From an uncultured Rhodobacterales bacterium (GTDB lineage Bacteria > Pseudomonadota > Alphaproteobacteria > Rhodobacterales > CAZPXZ01), in the NCBI GenBank assembly GCA_964590405.1, contig CAZPXZ010000005.1:1-61021 (forward strand): a stretch of DNA of 61,021 bases, in the 5' to 3' direction. Below the pieces are notes generated by a model. That model did not search any database. It was not told the origin of the DNA and was given only the letters and a program-made list of their open reading frames with translations. Below are positions 38,284-46,789 of the stretch, piece by piece. The position numbers and the translations under genes are program-made. Numbering within the stretch: the first letter of the stretch is position 1; each line of letters opens with the position of its first letter.

Positions 38284-39282
38284 TCATTCGCTTTGCAGGA
38301 GTGTCGGTTCCGTGACCCGAAGATCCGCATCCAGATCTCGCGAGGGCTGCAGACCCTTTTCGTGCAGGGCAGCGTGATACTGTCGGACAGCCTCTTCCGG
38401 CGTCGCCTCGCCGTCCGACACTTCCCGCATCCATCGCACCATGTCAGGAGGGGATTCCGCAAGGCGGATCTTGCGCCCGAACAGTGCCACCCATGCTCCG
38501 TTGCGCTGCGCCGCCGAGAGCAATTCAAACGTATCGCGGGTGGTGCCGGCGGAGCCTCCCAGAACGCCGACGACGAGTTCCGGGTCGTAGGAGGCGAGTT
38601 CCTGCATCGGACGAGCGCCGTTGAAGGCAATCTTGAGAAACAGGGGCCGCTCCTGACGAGTGAGGCCGGCAAGGGTTCGGAGAATGCAGTCGCCGACGTA
38701 ATCTCCGATTTCGTCAGGAGAAAGGCCGCAATCCACATTGGGATTGAAGACTTCGAGGAAATGCCGCATTCCGTTCGACTTGGCATCTTCGCGAAACGCC
38801 GCATACGCTTCCAGGCTCCGGACATCCGCGTCAAGGTCGTTGTTGAATGTGACAGAGTACAGGCCAAGGTCACAACCGAGTTCGCGGGCCCGGGCCAGCG
38901 ACGCGGTCCGGAACGGTCGCGAAGGGGATGACTTGTAACGGCTGCCGCGCATGCCCCAGATGTCGGTCGCCTCGTTCGCCCGGATGGCCGGGGTTACGGG
39001 GCAGCCAGCAAAGGTATCTTCGCCAAGGCGTTCGAGGACGGAGGCAGACATCAGCATGATGTCGGCAATCTCCTGCCGTACGATGGCACGGACATCCTCG
39101 ACAAATTGCGGAAGGGTCTTCGAAGCACCCGTTTCCCGGCCCGTCTTGTCGCGAACCGGCCCTGGAGCGCTCCTTCCGCCGCCCATGTCAGGGTCCTTTG
39201 CGTCAGCAATGATGAAATCCCGTCGGCTGCCTTGTCCATTCCGAATTCGTTCAAGTTTGCTGTCCAGTCGTTTCGCGGTCAT
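38284..39282 (-). CDS. class I aldolase-like (beta/alpha)8 protein; resembles proteins annotated as Cgl0159 family (from memory)
   Basis: The ATG at 39282 gives MTAKRLDSKLERIRNG... About 332 aa. It resembles the DhnA/FbaB-like pattern (..FLKIAFNG.., GVLGGSAGTTRDTFEL). Function unproven. Confidence 0.55.
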   Translation of the reverse strand: MTAKRLDSKLERIRNGQGSRRDFIIADAKDPDMGGGRSAPGPVRDKTGRETGASKTLPQFVEDVRAIVRQEIADIMLMSASVLERLGEDTFAGCPVTPAIRANEATDIWGMRGSRYKSSPSRPFRTASLARARELGCDLGLYSVTFNNDLDADVRSLEAYAAFREDAKSNGMRHFLEVFNPNVDCGLSPDEIGDYVGDCILRTLAGLTRQERPLFLKIAFNGARPMQELASYDPELVVGVLGGSAGTTRDTFELLSAAQRNGAWVALFGRKIRLAESPPDMVRWMREVSDGEATPEEAVRQYHAALHEKGLQPSRDLDADLRVTEPTLLQSE

Positions 39283-39580
39283 GGTGATTCCCCTGTTTGC
39301 CTGTGGTCCCATTCGGGAGCGGAGCCAGTCTAGCCACAATTGGCAGTCGGTGATGCAACCATCGCGGTACCCCGGAGTGTTGCAGCCGGTGGCAGGTTCG
39401 CATTCGCATTCATTACGACATTACTGCGAAGACGGTTTGCTTCTGACTGCTTGTCTCTACGGTCAAAGGGCAACCCGGTTCGACCGGAATGGGAGCGGGT
39501 CGCCCCATGGCCCCCGGAAAGCGTAGAATGGCATTGCACAAACGCGGGAGAACCGCAGAAGGATGAGTCGGGGAGGAGAC

Positions 39581-40498
39581 ATGAATAGCAGAATTGCGGT
39601 TCTCGGCATCTTTGTCGCGGATGTAGTCTTCCGTACCGAGCGATTGCCACAACTCGGGGAAACCATTATCGGTCGCGGATTCTCCCTTGGTCCGGGAGGC
39701 AAGGGCTCAAACCAGGCCGTAGCTGCGGCGCGTCTCGGTGCCGATGTCCGGTTGCTGACCAAGATCGGAGACGATCCCTTCGGCGCGATCGCGCACTCCA
39801 TCTGGTCCGGCGCAGGAGTGCAAGCGGAATTGGGCGATTCCCTGGGCGAGGGGACCGGTGCCGCAGGAATCTTCGTGCTTGAGGACAGCGGAGACAATGC
39901 CATCGTTGTTTGCCCAGGCGCTTCGGGAACCATCTCCGTATCCGATGTGGAGGCCTGGACGGACTCGATCTCCAGCGCCGGGATCTTCCTCACACAGCTT
40001 GAACAGCCGGTGGAGCCGACCTTTCGAGCCCTGCAAATTGCCCGGCAAGTCGGTGCCCTGACCGTTTTCAATCCCGCTCCCGCAGCATTGCTCCCGGAGG
40101 GAACGTTGACGCTATGCGATTATGTGACACCCAATGAAACGGAACTTTCGCAACTCACCGGCATGGAGTGTACTTCTCTGGAAACTGCGGCAAGGGGAGC
40201 ACGTCGCTTGCTGGACGAAGGCGCCGGCGCGGTGATCGCGACCCTTGGTGGGCAAGGGGCATTGTACTGCGCTTGCGACACCGAGATCCATGTACCTGCG
40301 TATGATGTCGGCGCAGTGGTGGACACGACCGGGGCTGGCGATGCCTTCAACGGTGCGTTCGTTGTTGCGCTGGCGGATGGCTGCGATCCCGTCGAAGCCG
40401 TGCGCTTCGGCTGCGCAGCCGGATCGCTGTCGGTTACTCGTCCCGGAACCGCATCCGCGATGCCGGAACGGAAGGCGGTGGAAGCCCTGCTCGCATAG
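39581..40498 (+). CDS. rbsK: ribokinase
   Basis: GGAGGAGAC RBS and ATG at 39581. GPGGKGSNQAVAAARLG and VVDTTGAGDAFNGAF motifs. Confidence 0.85.
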   Translation: MNSRIAVLGIFVADVVFRTERLPQLGETIIGRGFSLGPGGKGSNQAVAAARLGADVRLLTKIGDDPFGAIAHSIWSGAGVQAELGDSLGEGTGAAGIFVLEDSGDNAIVVCPGASGTISVSDVEAWTDSISSAGIFLTQLEQPVEPTFRALQIARQVGALTVFNPAPAALLPEGTLTLCDYVTPNETELSQLTGMECTSLETAARGARRLLDEGAGAVIATLGGQGALYCACDTEIHVPAYDVGAVVDTTGAGDAFNGAFVVALADGCDPVEAVRFGCAAGSLSVTRPGTASAMPERKAVEALLA

Positions 40499-40753
40499 GG
40501 TCGGACAAGAACGTCAAGGTGGCCGCGCCCGGTTCTTGCCGGAATTCATATCACGCATTAACTAATCTAATGCCTTTCCGATGCTGCGTTGCACCGGGTT
40601 GTCGCTGGGTCCTGTACATCATGTGACGCCTGACCCGGAGCCGGCTGACGGTATTTGCTTTCTTCCCGCTCTGGGGTTAGCGCGAGAGTTGCTGCGGCGC
40701 TCTGCTGTTTCCTCGTTGCGCCAATTCCGACTTAGTTTTCCTGGAGAATGAAC

Positions 40754-41767
40754 ATGTTCCGCTCTTTTTTTCTTGATCGGCAGTGGTGGCATTGGTCAGT
40801 GCTTGGCACCTTGCTGATACTGGGCACGAACTGGGTGGTCGTGCAGATCGACGTCCGGATCAATGAGTGGTTTGGCGAGTTCTACGACTTTATCCAGTCT
40901 GCGCTAGCGGAGCCGGGACAGACGACACTGGGCGATTTCTTCGGGCACCTGACGGTCTTCGCACAGTTCGCCGCGGCCGCGATCGTGATTCAGACCCTTC
41001 TTGGATTCTTCGTCAACCACTATGTATTCCGGTGGCGTACCGCGATGAATGACTACTACATGTCGGCCTGGCCGCGGATTCGCCACGTGGAAGGGGCGGC
41101 ACAGCGGGTGCAGGAAGACACGATGATCTTTGCACGCATCGTGCAGGGCCTCGGCGTATCGTTTATCGATTCCATCATGACCCTTGTCGCTTTCATGCCG
41201 GTTCTCTGGGGCCTGAGTGGCCATGTGCAGGAACTGCCATGGATCGGCCAGGTCGACCAGGCTCTGGTGTTTGTTGCGATCATCTCGGCGGCGGGAGGGA
41301 CGGTGATTCTCGCATTGGCCGGCATCAAGTTGCCGGGGCTTGAGTTTCGGAATCAGCTGGTGGAGGCCGCGTACCGGAAGGAACTGGTGTACGGGGAAGA
41401 CGATGCGACACGCGCGGCGCCGATCACCGTACAGGAGCTGTTTGGCAACGTACGGAAGAACTACTTCCGGCTGTATCTGCATTACTTCTACTTTGGCTTT
41501 GCGAGGATCTGCTACCTGCAGACCAGCGTTCTCATACCGTACGTGGCGCTCGGACCGACAATCGTCAGCGGAATGATCACCCTCGGCGTCATGCAGCAGA
41601 TCATCCGTGCATTCAGCCGCGTGGAGAGTTCCTTCCAGTTCCTGGTTTACAGTTGGGGAACCATCGTGGAGCTGATTTCGGTCTACAAGCGCCTCAAGGC
41701 ATTCGAGCGGGAAATGCGGCGGACGGTGCCACCGACCCCATCATCGCCCGCCCTTGCCACGGGCTGA
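40754..41767 (+). CDS. SbmA/BacA-like peptide transporter, short form
   Basis: MFRSFF start, with GGAG 7 nt upstream. YVFRWRTAMNDYYM, IEGAAQRVQEDTM.FA, IKLPGLEFRNQ.VEAAYRKELVYGEDDATRA and RKNYFRLY all match my memory of E. coli SbmA. Confidence 0.8.
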   Translation: MFRSFFLDRQWWHWSVLGTLLILGTNWVVVQIDVRINEWFGEFYDFIQSALAEPGQTTLGDFFGHLTVFAQFAAAAIVIQTLLGFFVNHYVFRWRTAMNDYYMSAWPRIRHVEGAAQRVQEDTMIFARIVQGLGVSFIDSIMTLVAFMPVLWGLSGHVQELPWIGQVDQALVFVAIISAAGGTVILALAGIKLPGLEFRNQLVEAAYRKELVYGEDDATRAAPITVQELFGNVRKNYFRLYLHYFYFGFARICYLQTSVLIPYVALGPTIVSGMITLGVMQQIIRAFSRVESSFQFLVYSWGTIVELISVYKRLKAFEREMRRTVPPTPSSPALATG

Positions 41768-41925
41768 GCCGCAGGAAGCGAGGGCGGCGCTGCACACGCT
41801 CGTGCCGCTCTCGTACACTCCCGACAGCGAGTACACCACTCGCCCAGTGGTCCTGTACTTGTCGGTAAATGCCTGCTACAGTGATATGATTGGTATTGTG
41901 AATCGCAAATGCGAGGTATCAAGTC

Positions 41926-42681
41926 ATGAAGTGCTCAAGTCGTTGGGTGGCCTTCCTGCGCTCCTGTTCTGTGTTTACGGTGCAGATGTTGCTGCTGACA
42001 GGCTTTGCGGCTGCTCAATCCATCGAGGAAGCGCAGTCTGCGTATGCCGAGGGCCGGTTTCTCGAAGCGGCCCGGATAGGAGAATCCCTGGGGACCTCCG
42101 AAGGGCTTGCGCTGGCCGCGGAGTCGCTGACCCTCCACACCCAATATCAGGCTGAGGACGGCGACAAGGAGTCTCTGTTCGAAGATGCCGTCAAGTTGGC
42201 GAGAGAAGCCGTTCGCGCCGATACCGGGAATACATATGCCCATGTACAGGTGGCGCACGCCATTGGTCGGCTTGCTCAAACGGTCGGTTCCTTCGAGGCG
42301 TCGAATCGCGGATACGCTGAGCAGATTCGCGAGGCGGCGGAAACCGCACTTCGACTCGATCCCGACATGGCTGCGGCCCATGTCACCCTGGGCCGATGGC
42401 ATGCGGAGGTGGTCGGTGTTCTGGGTTCGTTTCTGGCCCGCATCACTTTCAAGGCCCGGGAAGAGGATGCCATCAGTCACCTGAACCGGGCGCTGGAACT
42501 TGCTCCGAACGTGAAAGCGGTACCACTGGAGTACGCGCTTGGACTCCTGATGCTGGATGAAGACAAGAACCGCGACAGAGCACGTGAATTTCTGCAACAA
42601 TCCATCGAGATACCGGCAAAGAACGCTTACGATCACATTCTCCATGATCGGGCGATTGAACACCTGAAAGAACTGGAGTAG
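41926..42681 (+). CDS. secreted all-helical (TPR-like) protein of unknown function
   Basis: 251 aa. N-terminal hydrophobic signal (VFTVQMLLLTGFAAAQS) and helical-repeat composition. I recognise no family. Confidence 0.55.
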   Translation: MKCSSRWVAFLRSCSVFTVQMLLLTGFAAAQSIEEAQSAYAEGRFLEAARIGESLGTSEGLALAAESLTLHTQYQAEDGDKESLFEDAVKLAREAVRADTGNTYAHVQVAHAIGRLAQTVGSFEASNRGYAEQIREAAETALRLDPDMAAAHVTLGRWHAEVVGVLGSFLARITFKAREEDAISHLNRALELAPNVKAVPLEYALGLLMLDEDKNRDRAREFLQQSIEIPAKNAYDHILHDRAIEHLKELE

Positions 42682-42986
42682 CGGGCGGCTGACTCTCTGA
42701 CTGCCTGAACCGGCTGACCTGCATACCGTGAATGCCTGTCCCGGTCGTACACCGGTCGAAAGGAGGAATGCTAGTCGACGGTCCAGGGACGCGATTTCTC
42801 GATGTCGCGGAGTCATCTGGCAGTATGGTCGTTTGGATCTGAAAGACCCTGATGGGGTCACGGCAACAGTTCGCACGTAGTCCTATTTCGGGTATATCCA
42901 CAGGAACATCCGAAGGATGGCCGCACTCGAATGTATGAAGAGTGTCGTACGATTGAACCATCCGTACCGCGGAGAGCGAAATTGCC

Positions 42987-44013
42987 ATGGCATTGAGGCT
43001 CATCGATTTTCTGAAGGAAGAAAACAGCGACTTGCCTGTTACCGCACGTATTCGGGATTACGAGCACCGCTACGGCGGCACTGTGCATGGCGGCCGGGAC
43101 GAGCGCAAGGCGAATTACACCGAATTCGTAAACAGATACTACGACCTGGTCACCGATTTCTACGAATATGGTTGGGGCCAATCCTTTCGTTTTGCGCCGC
43201 GCGCCTCGAATGAGAGCTTCGCAGCGTCGCTTGCACGCACACGAACACTACATCGCCCACAGGCTGGGCCTGGCGCCAGGCATGACGGTGGTCGATCTGG
43301 GTTGTGGGGTCGGTGGATCGTTGATCGAAATTGCCCGCTTCTCCGGCGCACGGATCGTCGGAGTCAACAACAATGCGCTTCAACTCGAACGTGCCGCAAA
43401 GCGGAGCCGTGAAGCGGGCCTGGATCATCTGACAGAGTGGCTGAAATGCGATTTCATGCGGGTCGATGCGCCGGATGGCCGGTTCGATGCCGCATACTCC
43501 ATCGAGGCGACCTGCTGTGCACCGGACAAGAGGGGTGCATATGGTGAAGCGCTCCGATTGCTCAGGCCGGGCGGTCATTTGGCAGTCTACGAATTCTGTC
43601 TCACGGACCGGTTTGACGCCGACGACCCGCATCACCTTCAGTTGAAGTCCGATATCGAGCACGGTGGTGGGCTGCCCGGAATTGACCGTCCCCATGAGAT
43701 TGAAGGTGCGATGCAAGAAGTTGGTTTCGAAGTGATCGAGGCCCGCGACCTGGCTGCCGAAGCACCGCCCGGCATCCCCTGGTACCAGCCCCTCGTTGGA
43801 TCCGGCCTGTCTCTTGCAACCTTTCGCAGTTCGGATGCAGGGCGTCGAATCACCCAGAGTTCGCTGTGGTTGCTGGAACGGCTGACACTTGTACCGCGCG
43901 GCACTACGCAAGTGTCGAAGCTCCTGAATCTTGCTGCAGTCAGTTTCGCGGAGGCCGGACGTCTCGGCATTTTCACGCCGATGCAGTTCTATTTCGCTCG
44001 CAAACCGGAATGA
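42987..44013 (+). pseudogene. sterol 24-C-methyltransferase (ERG6/SMT)-like SAM methyltransferase, split by a +1 frameshift at ~43239 (or a sequencing error)
   Basis: Frame 0 reads ..YYDLVTDFYEYGWGQSFRFAPRASNESFAASLAR. Frame +1 continues HEHYIAHRLGLAPGMTVVDLGCGVGG...VGVNNN...IEATCCAP...PWYQPLVG...IFTPMQFYFARKPE. By eye it is collinear with yeast Erg6 over essentially the full length. Confidence 0.8.
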
Positions 44014-44558
44014 CGGCGCAACACCTGATCGTCACAGACATTTTTCCGACGATACGTTAGCCTGCCCCAGCCAGGTGAACTCCCGGCACGCGCCTGGCGC
44101 CCGATCGGCAATTCGCAAGTGCCCTGAAGCGGCGCAGAAAGGCAAAGGGAATGTGCTTGCTGTGGCAGGAGGTCGCCACCGGTCATTGCAGGGAACCTGT
44201 CATGAACGGGGACGCAACAGTGCGGCGGCCAATGGCTGACGTCTGAGAATCATCGTTGAAGAGGACGGTTCCAGCACGAGCAGAGTTCGCGAACGCAGGG
44301 CGACGCAATCACGAAGGGACAGCATGCCCATTCTGACAATCAGTGGTGGTTGCAAGGACCGGGGAAACGACAGTGCCGGGAGCACAGCCGGGGAATGTCG
44401 GGCGAAATTGCCGTAAACGCGAGAGCGTTACTCTCTACTGTAGATATCCGATCAAGGGCGGACGGGCAACACTGGACACCGTCACTCGGCTTTGTCGGTT
44501 CGAGTTACTGACGCTGAGGCGGGACTGCGCCGAAGGGGCCACAAAGGGAGATATTCTG

Positions 44559-45470
44559 ATGGTGCATCCGGAGTCGCGCCAAGGGAAAGCAGCCGGAATT
44601 CAGGCATACCGGACTTGCGTGGCCCGGCCGGCGAACTGTGTCACCCGAGGACAATGCGGCACACACTTCAAGGCCGTCGCCTGGTTCCTGACGTTTCTGG
44701 TGGGGACAATGGCTGCGGTGAAAGGCGGTCATGCCGCTGACAGTGCGGACCCGCACCCGCCGACTCTCGTTGAATGGACATCCCGAGAGAGCGGTGAGCG
44801 TCTTTCCCAATCATCCCACATGGTGGATTTCTTTCCGCTCAGCAATCATTTCATCAGCCAGGACAACAGCATATTCTGCGGCCCGGTGTCCTCGGCAATC
44901 GTGTTGAACGCGCTTCGACTGGGAAGGAGGAAAGGGCTGCCACGGGATCGGGCATCCATCGCCGAAGATGAGATGGCCTGGCTTCCGCCAGGGGCCGACC
45001 CGTTCTACGGCAAGTACACGCCCAACAATGTTCTCGGCGAGCAGACGAAGACACGACGTCAAGTCCTGGGCAAGCCCATACTCATCGATGGCGAAGCGAG
45101 AAGCGACTTCGGTTTGCAGTTGCGTCAACTCGCGCAGGTACTGCGCAGCCACGGTCTTTCGGTGGTGACCCGTGTGGTGGGCGAAAGCGCTGAGTCGGCC
45201 GTCATTCGGCGCGAGTTGGTGGAGAATCTCGGGAGATCGGAGGATTACGTGCTGGTCAACTATGCCCGGAAAGCGCTGGGCCAGGCCGGCGGGGGTCATA
45301 TTTCGCCGCTTGGTGCGTATGACGAAGACAGCGATTCCTTTCTGATCATGGATGTGAACCCCAACCGGGCTCCCTGGATATGGGTTGAGGCGAACGACCT
45401 GATTGCTGCCATGCGGACGTTTGATACGGTTGAGAACCGCGGCTATCTACTGGTTTCGGAAGGCGATTAG
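44559..45470 (+). CDS. phytochelatin synthase-like (papain-fold glutathione gamma-glutamylcysteinyltransferase family) protein
   Basis: AAGGGAGA RBS and ATG at 44559. QDNSIFCGPVSSAIVLNAL (catalytic Cys context), GGGHISPLGAYD (His) and FLIMDVNP (Asp). An N-terminal hydrophobic segment suggests export or anchoring. Confidence 0.75.
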   Translation: MVHPESRQGKAAGIQAYRTCVARPANCVTRGQCGTHFKAVAWFLTFLVGTMAAVKGGHAADSADPHPPTLVEWTSRESGERLSQSSHMVDFFPLSNHFISQDNSIFCGPVSSAIVLNALRLGRRKGLPRDRASIAEDEMAWLPPGADPFYGKYTPNNVLGEQTKTRRQVLGKPILIDGEARSDFGLQLRQLAQVLRSHGLSVVTRVVGESAESAVIRRELVENLGRSEDYVLVNYARKALGQAGGGHISPLGAYDEDSDSFLIMDVNPNRAPWIWVEANDLIAAMRTFDTVENRGYLLVSEGD

Positions 45471-45664
45471 ACCGACAGGAGGGTTTCGGTCGTCGACGTT
45501 GTAGCCGGGGCTTGATGCCCGAACATCAGCCGGATGATGAACGGATGATGGACACGTAGTGCATCCGCTTCGGGCATTGTGCCTGTATCCATGTTGCTTC
45601 ACCAGACCGGCCAATGCGGGGCTCTCGAATGCGACCAACGAATTGGCTCCAAGGTCCTCGTTGA

Positions 45665-46789
45665 TCACGTAGGGTCTTGATCAGGCAAGTCACAGTCTCC
45701 GCCGTTGGAGATCGCGACAGGCTGCCCGGTACGGATACTCTGTTCCGCAGCCGCGCCCATGGCTACCGCCAGTCTTCCATCACGAACCGAGACCGCCGGA
45801 TCGCTACCGGTTTGCAGCATCCGGAGAAACTCGCGGTGCTGGAAGAATGTTGCCCCGTGGTGATCGCCGGCAGCCTGAATCGCCGGATCTCCCGGAATCT
45901 CCTCGACGATTGTCCGCTGCGTGTCGCGGGGATGGATGACCAGTTCGCTGGGCCGGTCCCGACCATCCGGGTCAAAGCGCGCAGGTGTCGGGATACGAGC
46001 ATCGATGCGGGCCCTGTCACCGACGAGGGCAATCTCCTCCTGCCAGCGGGCACCTTCGGCGAACATGCAAAGGTCCAGCATTGCACGTGCGCGCGAGGCA
46101 AATTCGACGACGACAAAGGCGTTGTCCAGAATGTCCGGCTTGCCCTGGTCGTACGTCTCGTCGAGAAAGTTCACGTCCATTCCTCCCGAAGCAAGGATCC
46201 GGACCGGCTCCGACTTCAGGATGAGGCGCATCAGGTCGAAGAAGTGGCAACATTTCTCGACCAGTGTCCCTCCGGTGTGCGCATTGAATCGATTCCAATC
46301 GCCGACCTTTCTGAGGAACGGATATCGATGTTCCCGGATTGCGAGCATTCTCGGCGTTCCGGCAGTTCCCTTGTCGATTTCCTCCAACAGACGCTCGATT
46401 GCCGCCATGTAGCGGTATTCCATCGCGACCCAGAATGGCGCCTTTCGCAGGCTCTGCCGGCGTTCGATTTCGGCGCACTGGGATACGCTGATTCCAAGCG
46501 GTTTCTCACAGAGGATGGCGATATCCGTGTGGAGCAGTTTCTGGAGTATGGGGTGGTGAAGATGGTTTGGCGCCGCCACTACGACCGCATGCAGGTCGGT
46601 GCGGTCCATCATTTCGCAATCTGTCTCGAAGCTAAGGCAATTGGGACCTGCCAGGCGACTTCCCGCCTTGCGCATTCCGGGATCCGGATCAGCAATGGCG
46701 TGGACAGAGGCGCCCTCCAGAAGTTTGATATTGCGGATGTGCTCCTGGCCCATCATCCCTGTGCCGATGATTCCGTACCGATGAATCAA
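45665..46789 (-). CDS. Gfo/Idh/MocA family oxidoreductase
   Basis: 374 aa. N-terminal Rossmann YGIIGTGMMGQEHIRN and EKPL motif. Confidence 0.85.
   Translation of the reverse strand: MIHRYGIIGTGMMGQEHIRNIKLLEGASVHAIADPDPGMRKAGSRLAGPNCLSFETDCEMMDRTDLHAVVVAAPNHLHHPILQKLLHTDIAILCEKPLGISVSQCAEIERRQSLRKAPFWVAMEYRYMAAIERLLEEIDKGTAGTPRMLAIREHRYPFLRKVGDWNRFNAHTGGTLVEKCCHFFDLMRLILKSEPVRILASGGMDVNFLDETYDQGKPDILDNAFVVVEFASRARAMLDLCMFAEGARWQEEIALVGDRARIDARIPTPARFDPDGRDRPSELVIHPRDTQRTIVEEIPGDPAIQAAGDHHGATFFQHREFLRMLQTGSDPAVSVRDGRLAVAMGAAAEQSIRTGQPVAISNGGDCDLPDQDPT

Noticed and set aside
43168-44013. Treating the second SMT ORF as an independent 281-aa methyltransferase gene
   Set aside because: Its first ~24 codons are not protein-like. 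The conserved SMT N-terminal region (YEYGWGQSF.F...ESFAASLAR) lies immediately upstream in the adjacent frame and joins seamlessly at HEHY. A split single gene is the simpler reading.
44340-44450. A possible riboswitch (cobalamin-like GGTG...GGGAA pattern) in the long leader upstream of the PCS-like gene
   Set aside because: I found no B12-box-like core and none of the conserved elements of any riboswitch class I know. A covariance-model search is needed before any claim.
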